From assembly GCA_043228905.1 (NCBI GenBank), contig JBHGNT010000009.1, positions 3,844,001 through 3,908,000 of the forward strand: a stretch of DNA of 64,000 bases, read 5' to 3'. Positions within the stretch are counted from its first letter, which is position 1; every line of letters starts with the position of its first letter. The notes under the pieces are model-generated. The model saw only the letters and a program-made list of their open reading frames with translations, was not told the DNA's origin and ran no database searches. This document shows positions 10,110 through 22,823 of the stretch, piece by piece. The stretch is from Azolla caroliniana. Taxonomy: Eukaryota; Plantae; Polypodiophyta. The position numbers were made by a program, and so were the translations under genes.

Positions 10110-13100
10110 CTAAAGTGATCATGCTTCAACAATGTATCGCAACAATGATCGAAGAACATACATACTTTCTCATAATGAGCCCCGTCTAAGTAAACTGATC
10201 ATGGTTCATGTTAAGATTTGTAACTACACTCATGTAAGTATCAACATGCTTTGTAACTTTCCAGAAGAGAATATATGCTTTCGCTTGAGGTTCTGTCCAC
10301 AAGTTTGCCCGACTTTTAAAATCCAATTCTACTCAAAAAGCCAAGTGTTGAACATCCTCTTTGATACTAATCTACATAAAAATGCTATACAGCAAGCCTC
10401 ACATCAACATCACATGCATTGTTTGCTTCGTGGATATTGAATGTCACAGAATCAAGATGTTGAATGGGGTAAAGAAGAGGAAACCGGGCCAACTCGTACA
10501 TACCAATCTGAAACACACTTAATATTCTGATCAAAGTAAGTTATTATGGCTCATCATAACTTGCTGTTGAGCAAATCCTGTATTGTTTCTTTCTTTAAAT
10601 ATAGAAAGACATGGAAATTCCAGTGTTTGCCAAACAGACTTCTGGATGGATGCTGGCATTTTTCTCTATCTTTGATGTATGTTTACAGAAACAATAGCTT
10701 ATTGATGATGCAAATATGTAAATGAATGTTGGATTCAAGTAATGTGTACATATTTCTGCAGTGATATGTGTACAAACCCGATAGGTTTTTAATTCTTGGA
10801 AGTGAGGTTGAATCAATATATAAGGTGCACTGGGGTTTTTATAGATTTGGTCATGGTCTAGATCCTAGAATATCTTAAATATTAATTGGAGGTGAACTCA
10901 TCCAGGAAGGAAATGGCATTCCTGGAAGCAAATACCTGAGACAAGGAATAATCACAATTGGTGCAATGTTCCAATTCACTACTCCTATCGTCAATTGAGT
11001 ATATATATGTCCTTGTAGCTCATATACTATTTATGCAGAGCAGATCAAAATTATGTATTAGTAGGTGTACTAAAGATTCCAGAGTGTATGCTTGTTTAAC
11101 ATATTTGTATACGTCGTATCATGAACACACCTTCTGTCACTGCAATGTTATAAACAATGTAAGGTTAGGTCTATATGTCAAGGGCAATTGAATTTTTCCC
11201 AGAGTTTTGATAGATTTAGAATTTAGCTGTTGCCATGGCTCATCGTATGTTTTTTGTCAAAGCGATGATAACAATTCATAACTCAAGCCTCATATCATGA
11301 ATGCGTTGTTCTTATATTATTTTGAACATAACGTGAAATCGAATGTCAAGTAATAAAAGCTGTTTTAATTAGTGAATTGATTTATATCTATTTCTTAGCG
11401 CTGCAGAATGGTGGGATGCTTACTGATAACAAAACTGTTACATAAAACGGAAGTACAAATGGAAAAAGGTATAAACTCATATCCAAGGTTATATATAGAT
11501 GAGATTATAACCTTGCATAAGCATTATTGCTTAATACTAGTTACGTTGTTTCACATGTCAATAAGTCATTAGTTGTTCATCTAGAACTAAAAAAACACAT
11601 AAATTCTTCTATAAATTGTAATGTTGTGTATATGTCGTTGCTATGTATGTGGTATATTACAGCATTTTACAGAAACACACTTAATAATTATCCATCTAGA
11701 CACACTTAATAATTATCTACTTCATACACATAGGTAGTCACTGTCATTGTTATACATTTGGACCTTGGAAGTTGCACCTAAAACATTTGGGCCTTCTATA
11801 GCTAGGGCTTAACTTCAAAGTCTAGGTAATAAATTTCTAGTAGAGTCCATTTAATCATGATGGGTGGAAAGAATCCATCAATATGCAATTCCCTTATGGA
11901 TAGCTTTAATTGATCCTTCAATTGTTGTTCTTGATCCTTGGATCCCTTCATGTTTCGTTATCATGAGTGCGGAAAAGCTAGACGCAATGCATTTGTGGCC
12001 ATCTATAAAGCACCTCTAAAGAATCATATGCAATCATAAAATTATGTATGTATTGCGAATATCTCGTTGTGTTCACATTGTAAACAAAGTATCGCAATTT
12101 TAGCGAAAAATTGGTCATGCTTGGATTGTGCATGTGATCACTCATCATTGAAATTTCTCTAAGTTTCAAGCCCTCTTAAGGTGGATTTGAACTATATCAA
12201 GAGTTACGCCCATATTTTGAATGTTAAACAAACTTGAAAGTTGGAACATAATCAATTCAAGAAACCTCCAAAAAACTGCTTGTCATGAATTTACGATAAA
12301 TCTAGAGCATTCTAGATGCAATCATATGGTTGAATGTTTTACATGATCATGATTCAACAAAAAAAATGAAAAGATGATTTCCTTTTCAGAAAAGACCAAA
12401 CAAAACATTAACCATAGACGTACAATTGAAGAATAATTTGCATATACAAACCACACATTTGGGAAATGTAACAATCGAACATTGTATTGTAGCTATATGT
12501 ATGAAAGCATTGATTGGTAAAATACAAACCGTTCAACCAAGATGGACCACAACTATTATCATGAATGAGAAAAAGAGGATAAAAATACTTTACACGGGTT
12601 ATTACATGCAATTTACTCCAAATATATTTCAATTGGATACTACAAAAAGGACACGATGTGAAAGCATTGACTTAATGCATCATATAAGAATCTTAGAGAT
12701 CCTAATTAGTTCAATCTAACATATTATTGTGTAATAGACATATTGGTAAATCTTGTGCTTTGTAACAATGAGATTATGCCTTGAATTCTCATAAGTTGAA
12801 TTAATGTGTTAAGGTTGACTCATGTATTTAGTTTAAGATTAGATGATTGGGTACAAACAATACCATTGTTCATAAGGCAAAGTTGGTAGGTTTCATGCAT
12901 TCATACGATTTTCTTTATTTATTCTATCTTGTACACTAAAACATCTTCAAAATAACCCAAATGATCATGATTTTGTGCATCTATTTCAATAGTAAATTGA
13001 GTTTTAACTCTTCTATTTCATGTGAATTTGTGATCAACTTCATACACTTTCCCCTGCCCCAATGTTAAGACAAACTTCTGATACAAATTGTTATCTTATG

Positions 13101-14051
13101 ATTCTTTAAAACTTTAAAATAAATACTTATAATCATCATGCGTTCAAAATTGAAGTCACTTAAGATCATTAATCAATTGACCATTTTAAAAGCTATTTTA
13201 ACTAAGTATAAATCAATAAAAACTGATAGCTTTTGAAAGATTAGTAAACTAATTATGAGACTTCGATTTCGAATTGCAAAGGCAAAATTAAGTTCAAAAA
13301 ACATAACAAAATAATCGTATAAAATGTTCACAAAGTGCATTCACATTAGAAATTTGGGTGCTGTGCCAAAATCCCACGTGGTTTATTACATCCACAACTT
13401 TTACATTGCATCGACCATGAAAAGCAATTTTCATTTCCCAAGACCAATCACTTTTGGCTCTGTTCAAGGGACCCATGTCTACATATGCAATTGTGCAGTG
13501 TATATTTGTTTATACTAAAATCACATCAAACCATGTTTGGTCAAAGTTGCTCTTTGAGCAAATTTCATGTTGAGCCAAATAAACATATAACAATCATTTC
13601 TCAATCATGTTCACCATTCATAAAGTATTTCCTTTCTAGGAGTGTGTTCGAATAAACTAGGCATTACATGCAAATCATAATGTTATGAGGCACGAACTAG
13701 ATGTGGCTTTAATGATCGAACAAATTCCAAAGAATGAAAGTCATAAAAATGAATTGCTAAGTAGTGAAAGTTATAATAACTAAAGCAATTTTTAGAGCTC
13801 AAGAGAAACAATGCATCACAAGTTAAATGCTAAGAAGTACTTGGAAAGATTCACATTGAGACCTTTAGACAGCCAAGAAGTGATCAATTCAAATTCATAT
13901 ACAGACATTTAGAGACCCAAACCAAAGGACAAAAAATCATGCTATGAAATCACAACTTTTGTGTTATTACCAAAGAGACAATGGCACACATTCAAGAATG
14001 ACCATCTCAGCAATGACTCAGTTTCAGATAAAAATATAATCAGAGGGAGGC

Positions 14052-17000
14052 TCATTGTGACAAATAGGACCAACTGGCTTGGCGATCTCTAGATATAAGC
14101 AAGACCCTAGAGTTTGCATAGTCAAATGAAGGATTCAAAAGATCATGGGTACCAATGACATCCTTCATTTCTTGCATATCACATAAATCTTCTCCACTAT
14201 CTTTCCATGCATCGAAGATGTAAACACCATTGCCATTCACTGCCATCACTATACTTGAAGAACCCCATACCTGTGTCAGTGAAAGATGAGAGTAATGGGA
14301 GCTTGATGAAGGAAATGAATAGATACACCTAGGCATTGCCTTTCTAATAGACCATTGCTGCATGCAACATTGATTAGAATTATGGTTCAAACCACCTACT
14401 AAAACTGTATCTCGACGTGCAAATGCACATTGCAATTCTAGTCCATGGCTAGGAAATGATATCCCTATCCCGTTGGGTAACCGAAAATCAAGAACATTTA
14501 TGTCATTGTGGGTGCAACAGATCCCATCAAATGCTTCTGTTTCTGAAGAACTCAACCTATATCATCCAAACGAAAAACAAATTATCAAAATGAGATATCA
14601 ATAGTATTAACACAAATGAGACAAAAGCTAACAAGATAAAAGATTTTCTTTATTTCCCCAAAAGCCCTACGATTAGCTTTGAAATGCCCTTCAGTTATCA
14701 TTATTTCTTCACATACTCTTGGTCAAATATATGTGCCGTTAGAGCATTCCAAAAGTCATCTAATCCCCTTTCTCTGTCTTTTAAGGGCTGCCCAAGGACA
14801 CTTAGGGAAATAAAGAAAAAACCTGAGAGTATTTCTGATTTTTTCCTACATATTAACATAATGATGGCAAAAGAAATGATAAACAAACATGTTCAAAAAA
14901 GATGCTTGCCTCTGCCGTACACCACCATTGCATTCAGCATCAGAGTTATGCACATATAGAGTAGAAATTTGCTTTCCTCGAAGCTCAATGTACTGAAGGC
15001 AGTGAACATCCATGGTATGAACATCCCAAATGCTTATAGCTTCTTCCTCAGCCAGCACAAGTTTCCCTTTATCTCTCCATTGTATGGGAGAACTATAATC
15101 TAAACCCGCAATAGCTGTTCTTGTATCCCATCGCATGACATTATCTCCATCACGGATATCATACAAAGCTATGTTTGTAAGAGAACTAGCTGCAGCTGCC
15201 ATTAAAGGCCCACAAGGTTTATACCACCATTGGGGTGATTTGCAACATTCATCGTGATAAGCATCAGCTAGTATCCCTCTAGACACATCATATTTAGAGG
15301 CTTTGCATTCAGCCAATGGCATGACCATTCGAGGTTGAGGATAAATTTCTCTACTGAAAGACCTAGCAATTGGGCTATCTTGAGTTAAGGTAATCTGATG
15401 GGTACTTTGATACTCACTGTGGCATGATGCAAGTGATTTACTTTCAAAATCCCATGAACAAAAGCCACAGTCTATAACATTTCCTGTAGATGCTGCCACA
15501 ACATATTTATTCGCGCTACCATCTGACCCTGCTGCCCTAATTAACCAACAATCATTCCACACTGGCATATCAAAGTCAACTGGACAGTCAAAGATAGCCT
15601 TTTCCTGAAAAGGAAAAAAAAAACATGTGTTTTAAACCAAAAAGACATACACAAATTTATGACAACCCATGACATATATGGCATTAGTTGGGTCAAACCA
15701 GTTCCATGTTTACAATATCAAGGTATGAACAACAACCAACATCAGGGCAAGGTTCAAACGAAACTTGAAGCAAATACACATTGGTAACAAGCCATGAATA
15801 TATCATGATAGTTAGGAATTAATACCTCCATGTTGGCAGTATCAATGTATGAACAGCAGCCATCATCATGTGCTAGCAAAATTGCTTCTCCATCAGAAAC
15901 ATACCAACCAGACACAGCCACCTTATCTCCGATGGTATGGAGTTTATTTGGTAATCCATCATCACATTCAAACTCTAGTTCATAACCAGGTGCAACATTC
16001 TCCATATTTTCATTGAAATTGTGGAATGGTACACTTTCATCACAATCTAGACAGTCTTTTACATCCTCTATGATCAACTGTGGCACCTTCCTGTCTAAGT
16101 CTTGTGACCTCAATGTATGTGATTTGAACGGCTTACTCTCCACACCATCATTGCTTATTGATGAATGGGCAGAAAGGGAAGAAGATGTCCGAGATTGGGC
16201 ATTCAAATTTTCTCGATACCCCAGATTAACACTTTGCATAAGTGTGTACTCTGAATTTTGTTCAATTGCTCCAGAATCATCTTCTTTGAAGGATAACTGC
16301 TTTGTATAAACACACTCTTCTGATATTTCTTTGTGGCTATTGAGAAGGCCATCTTCTACCCCAGTATATGATCCATTGCATTCTAATGCATACCTACCAT
16401 TCTCTTGCATTGTAGCCATTTGAAACTCATCTTCCATTACCACATCATGCAAAGAAGCTACATCATCACATGTGCTAGATGCCATAGCTTGCTCAATGCT
16501 GTATATCTTGTCTTGGATGTCATATAGAACAGATATAGGATGTACACAGTCATTACTATTGAGAATGATTTTGGTCCTTCTAATCTCTGCCGACATCTTA
16601 TTCACTTTACCTTCGAGGAGGTTCAATCTTCTTTGCAACAAATTACAGAGATTGAATTCATTTTCAGTGCCATATTGGATAGACATGCCATCAGCAGACA
16701 ATGAGCTAACCTTTCTTTCTTTCAAGAGTCTTTGAGATGCTCCAAACTTATCAGAAGAAACTTTGAGATTATTCTGCTTTGAGTGCACATTTTCATAACT
16801 AGATTTCGAGCTTTTAGAGGAAGGTATCACAGATGAACCCGTCGAAAACCTACCCGAATTTGGAAAATCTTGTTTACTGAGAAATGATTTTGCTCTATAA
16901 CCTTCCACTCTGACACTATCAAGGCTGGCTTTTCTACTGGTATCTACATGTAAACTAAATGGCAAAGCTGAGGTAGACCATCTTACATTATCTATTTGGT

Positions 17001-18096
17001 TTTCCTGTGGATAGGAAGCTTTAAAGCTCTTATTGGTGATACTTTTTCCCACTAGAGAAGGATCAACTTTAGAAGAAATGGCATTTGGGATCTTCTTTCT
17101 TTCTTCTATAGTGATAGAAACCTTAGAAACTTTCTTATCTTCTTCTCTGTTAATAGCATTCAGCTTCATGAACCTTGGGGCTGATTTTAGCAATTTTCCA
17201 CCAACTTTCCTTTCAATAACTTCTTTAGAAGCATTTCTTGAACGACTTCTTGAGGATTCATCATGAATTTGCTTTTCAAGTATCTCTTTACGTTGTAAAT
17301 TAGAAACATTAGGAGAAGATCGTCCTCTCGATTCTGCACGAATATTATTAGAAAATCCATACTTTGAAACTGCATGCTCGGATCTTGATGAACCTTCGTC
17401 TCGTACATTGTTTCTGATTATAGAAGAGCTCTTAACAACTTTGATGCTTTCTGTAGCCATATTTCTAGATCGAACAGCTGAAGATGACCTAGGCTTCGAG
17501 CTATCTGCGTCTGAAGCCCTAGAAATATCTTCCCTCTTGCCCGAAACCCTAGAGCTATTTGCAATTTCCATGACCGAAATCCTGGAAATCTCTGCATTTG
17601 TCGAGTTCGAAATCCTAACAATTTCTGCTTTCTTTTCAGGAAGCCTAGAAATCTCTTCTTTCTTGTCTATAACCTTAAAATTCTCTGCTTTCTTATTTGA
17701 AAGCATAGAAAATTCTGCTTTCTTTTCGTGCGAGCTAGAAATATCTGATTTCTCGTTCGATTCCCTAGAAATATCTGCAACTCCTAGTTCTGAAACCCTA
17801 TTGTTCTCTTCATTTTTCAGCTCTGCGGTCTTTGAGACCTCAGCAGTTTTTAGTTTCTCATCAGAAACCGTAGAAATATATGCATTGGGAGTGGGAGCTG
17901 ATCTAGAAGTATGATTCGGATTCGGAGGCTGCTTTCTTACTTTGCTTGAAATCGCTGGATTGGCTATATCAAACCTTCGTTGATCTTTAGCGACTTTGGT
18001 AGCTGAAATAAGTGGAGAGATGAGGGAAGAATTAGGAAGGAGGGCCATTGTCTTGCCGCTTCCTCCACCTCGACCTTTCCTGCGTTGAGGAGACAT
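14052..18096 (-). CDS. At4g14310-like (KIN14B/KCA-interacting, WD40/transducin-like) protein, 3 exons, ~1156 aa
   Basis: Exons 18096-15826, 15604-14910 and 14556-14052 total 3471 nt (in frame). Long S/K-rich N-terminus, coiled coil RRLNLLEGKVNKMSAEIRRTK, then GWYVSDGEAILLAHDDG, WNDCWLIRAAGSDG...YVVAASTGN, QWWYKPCGPL, DYSSPIQWR, GGVRQR|LSSSE...DGICCT and LLISRDR, as in the At4g14310 family. Confidence 0.88.
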
Positions 18097-18441
18097 TACA
18101 GCGTTCTCCGTGATATGATTGGAAGAGGGAGAGAAGGATGACTGGAAGCTCCACTCTCGGCTCGCGAACGCGGGCCTGAAGAAGAAAGAGAAGGGGGGGA
18201 GAAGGAGAAGGAGAAGGGTTACAGGAAGCTCTGACCTGGGAGGTTCGCGTATGCGCAGATGCGAGCAAGAAGAAGAAGAAGCAGCAGCGGCAGGATCAAT
18301 GGAGCAGCAGGAGCAGCAGGATCAATGGAAGCTCGAAGGAGCAAATCGCAGCGGAGCGAAGAAGAAGAAGAAGACGAAGAAGAAGAAGAAGAAGAAGAAG
18401 GGCGAACTGGGAATTATTTGAAACTTTGATATTTCTCAATA

Positions 18442-18449
18442 ATTCCCGC
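18442..18449. promoter_or_regulatory. Candidate E2F-type site (ATTCCCGC) just upstream of the CTT-rich leader of the At4g14310-like gene
   Basis: Matches the WTTSSCSS consensus at a core-promoter-like position; motif match only. Confidence 0.25.
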
Positions 18450-20199
18450 CCTCTCTATCTATCTATCTGTTTCTGTGATTTTAGGTTTTCTAAAATTACA
18501 ATCCATGCCCCTCCCCCCTCCCTTCACAACATATAAGTTCATAAGATTTTAAAATTTCTATGGTGGTTTTTCTTCTTTACAAAATTACCACAAATGCCCC
18601 CCCCCCCCCCCCCCTTAACACACAATAGTGGTTTCCCAACCAAAAAACAAGCACCCGATCAAATCGTGTGCGCCTGACAGAAACCGTGTGCGTTATCTCA
18701 TATCTTGAGTGTTCGATTAGATATCAAGTTTCGAGCCTGCTTCCTTGTTTATTGATCTTCTCTAATAGGCATTTTACGAGTGGATTGCCAATAAGAAAAC
18801 AGATGATATATCAGAGCCCCCATCGATCTTTAATGTTTTAGAGTAGTTAGGTATATCCCAGAGGAACACCATGCGGTAGATCTTTAAAACTTCTCCCACG
18901 AGCGCTCAACCTATGACATACTACTCTCCTTGGTTGTGGCCGAAATAAATACATATGAATGTAAAACCAAAAGAATGAATCTGATTCTAATGACACAACT
19001 AAAGGACTTAATGTCGATGAAGAGGTCAATACATTTAGCTCTACTACCCAACCCTTTTTGTTCTTTCGTGCATGAACAAACACTCTTTGTCCATGAGGTT
19101 TTTTATCAAGAACCCTTGTTTATTGCGTTAGACTTGCATTCCTTATTCCATAGTTTTTTTTACGAAAACGAGATTTTTCTTCATTGTGGGATCGTGCAAA
19201 GCATTCTTTATACACTTCTGATGTGGTCGTATTTGCCACAACATTAGCATTCTAGATTGGTTTGGCACTTTTTCACCAAAACTTGAATAATCTTGCTCCA
19301 AAATGCTATAAAATGAGCAAGAGAGCTCATTGTCGATTATTATCATTTTTGAAAGGACGCTCAAACTCTGTCGATGGATGCACTAGAATAGGATAACAAA
19401 TCAAGCGGGTGCATAAGAGGCCTACGACAACAAAAAGAAATGTGGCCTTCAATCGTGGACTCGTACACCAAACTTCAAGGATCTTCTCTTGAACATTCTT
19501 TCGGCTTTAGATTTTTCATCATCTCGAACTCTCAAACCTTATGTAAAAAACTTGTATCGTAACCTATAGATCTCTATAATTAATGTGTATGTCAAGAATA
19601 TTCCTATCTTTGTGTTTTGAAGCTTTTGTGCAAGAAGAAATACTTGAAATTTGTATTATTGCAATTTGTGATGAGAGGATCAGTACCGGATTTTTGGATT
19701 CAATCTAAATAGTGAGAAAAAAACAAAAAATTTATCTTAATATTGCAAATGGTGGTTCTAGTTCCACACATCAAAGTGTTCAACATGTCAACATCTTGAG
19801 AATTCCATGAGGTTTGTGGCACAAATTTCAAATCAACAATCAGAAATCTCAAGAAGAAGTTACGAGAAAAATAAAGTTTACAAATAACGGGGGACAAACC
19901 CTCAACATAAAGCAAAAAAGGAGTGCATGATCATGTGTAGCACAAGGGGGATACCGAACATGCAAGCATGTGTAATTGATCCAATGGAGTGACTAAAACA
20001 ACGTAGTCAACCAACACACATGGCAACTAATCACACAAACATGTGACGAGAAGAGAGAGAATAACAGGTGAAGCAATAGACTTGTTGTCTCTCATATACG
20101 ACCCAACATAGCACCCGAAAGGGGCTAAATAAACAAGCACATAAAGATCACCCAACCCAACGTTTACATTTACAAACCCCTACACATTAACTAACACAT

Positions 20200-20520
20200 A
20201 CATACACATGCTGACAAGTTACATGTATACACAATACATATACATAATATATACATATTTACACGCACTCTTTCTCTCATAAACGTATGTACAAACTCAC
20301 ACACATACACAATTTCATTTGCATGAGCATATGCATATGTATGCGTATGCACATACACACTTGCATGCATTTACAACCATTTACACGAACATGCACACAT
20401 AAACCTATACATTCACATACACATACAAGAGCACACAAACATACCACACACACACACACACACATATATAAACATATATATTCTTATATTTGCATTGATA
20501 CATTACATATATACAAGTAA
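20200..20520. repeat. AC/AT-rich low-complexity microsatellite tract
   Basis: Degenerate acacat/catata repeats. Confidence 0.7.
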
Positions 20521-21394
20521 ATTTACATAAGTACTCAAAAACTTTTTTGCTTTTAGGAAAAAAAAATACTCAGGAACTAGCACATATAAGTTAAACAATT
20601 TTTCATAAATTCATGCGCTTATTTATATATATCTACATGTTTCAATGCACATAAGTCATTGAACCATACCTCATTGCATGATAAAGGTCAACCTACACCA
20701 AAGTTTCCATCATGCATAGAGTGTGCAACTATGATTGGACCAGTTGCAACAAATAAGAAGGAATAACTCCACTTTAGAACTTTAATTCCTCACGACTCAT
20801 CATCAATGAACCCATCTCTCCCTAGTTTAGGACTTTGGTGGTCTTGTTGCACGTATTTATGGGACACTACAAGTTCCTTTCAAGTTTGTGCTGTAAATGT
20901 TCTTTTATAGTTTAAGTTTAAGTTGTAACTTAAGTTAGGTTAATTATGTGTTCACGCTAGAGATACAAGGTGGGCGAAGTGGGACTTTTATCTCAACAAA
21001 CTCCCCCTGTAAAAGAACTACTTTGTTTGCATACAATGATATGGGGTTATCTCCCCCGTAAGCTTAAATTACAACTTAAATTACAAGTATAATGTATGTT
21101 ACAAGCTAATCAGCCGGTGGCCGATTAAGAAAAGATAAAGTCGACTTGTTCATATGCTTGTCGAGTTAGTTGATGTTCGAATCAGACAATACTTGATTTG
21201 GCATTTCACCTCTAAGTTGTCGTGCGCGTTCTTTCTTGTACTTTCTGATGGATCGTTGATCGACTTTCAGTTCCTTTGCACTCAGATGCATCTTCAACCT
21301 TCACGTTGACTGGCTCCTTCCACTTCGTATGTTTGACTTGTCTGGTTGTGCCGTTCTTTGACTTACCTTATGCTTTCCCTTCGACTCTTCTTTG

Positions 21395-22823
21395 CTAGCT
21401 TGCTTGTTGTAGTTCCATATGTCCTCTTAGTGCGTTGAAGCATTGGTATGGGAGTGGCTTTGTTAGGTTGTCGTAGATGTTCACCTCGATGTTGATCTTT
21501 CGAACTTCGAGTTTCTTCTCTATTACAAGCTCCCGAATATGATGAAACCGTAACACAACGTGTTTCGTCTTCGTATGATAGACTGGATTTTGAGGTGTAT
21601 TGCGTTCTGAGAATCGCAATAAATGGTCGGCATTGGATGGTCGATTCGTCTTGTCGTCGAGAAGTTGACTGAGAGTCATTGCAGCCATATGGCTTCCTTT
21701 GTGCCTCTGATGTTGCTATGTACTCAGCCTCTGTGGTAGACAGGGTTGTGCACTCATGAAGCCTTGACCTCCATGATATGGCGCCTGTGCCATAGGTGAA
21801 AATGTAGGCTGATGTTGACTTCCGATTGTCTGGATTGCCAACATAGTCGGAGTCGGTGTAGCCTTGGATTTTGGTCGAATTATCTAATCCAAACGTTAGT
21901 TGCATGTCCTTGGTGCCTCGTAGGTACCGGAATATGTTCTTTACAACCTCCCAGTGCTTCCAACAAGGTTGTGACACGTACTACCTAACAACCCCTATGA
22001 CGTATGCAAAGTTTGGTCGGGTCGCCACCATTGCGTATATGAGACTTCCTATGGCCGATGCGTAGGGTATTGGGTATTCTACTCATTAGCTTTCTCTCTT
22101 CTTTAGTGGATGGAGAGTCTCTGTCCAATAGTCCGAGTGACATCGGATGCGATGTTGGTGTTGGCTTCGAATTCTCCAGATTGAAGCGCCTCAATCCCTT
22201 TCGAATTTAGTCTAACTGGGAGAGCCGGAGAGTCTTTGTCTTCTGATTTCGCTCGATCCTCATGCCCAATATCTGTTGGGCTTGTTCGAGTTCCTTCATC
22301 GCAAATTTCTCGTGAAGGCTCCACTTTAGCTTTCCGATTTCAGCTTGATTTATCCATGCAATTACATGTCTTTGACATATAGGATCAGGTAGATCTGGGA
22401 TTCATCGGCCAGTTGCCAAGTGTACATGCATGGGTCAGAGTCCAATTGGCTGTAGTTGAGTTGTCGAATGTACGTATCGAATTGTTGATACCACGTTCGG
22501 GGTGCTTGCTTTAGATCGTATAGGCTTTTCTTCAATTTGTATACGAGGTGACCTTCCTCCCTCATCGCCATGAAGCATGTCGGTTGAGACATATAGATGT
22601 CTTCTTCCAAGTCTTCGTGTAGGAATGTCGTCTTAACATTCAATTGTTCAAGCTCTAGATATTCTATCAATACAACTCCGAGTATGAGCCGAAGGGTGGT
22701 CATCTTGACTACCGGCAAGAAGATCTCTTCATAATCGACCCCATGTTCCTGTTTGAAACCTTTGATGAGGAGTCGAGTTTTATATTTGGGCTTCTCCGAA
22801 TCGAATACATATTTATATCTGAA
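21395..22823 (-). pseudogene. Ty1/Copia reverse transcriptase-RNase H (disrupted)
   Basis: KYKTRLLIKGFKQEHGVDY, EQLNVKTTFLHEDLEEDIYMSQP, LKKSLYDLKQAPRTWY, LILYVKDM, GYTDSDY...RKSTS, STTEAEYIA and KTKHV; several stops and frameshifts. Confidence 0.92.

Noticed and set aside
10900-13500. Short AT-rich ORFs between the convergent F-box and At4g14310-like genes
   Set aside because: No recognisable domains or splice-consistent structure; probably decayed TE or intergenic DNA.
17408-17914. 168-aa antisense ORF with EISAF repeats
   Set aside because: It is the shadow frame of the coding repeat on the opposite strand.
18119-18421. K/R/E-rich 100-aa ORF
   Set aside because: It is the antisense reading of the CTT-rich 5' UTR of the At4g14310-like gene.
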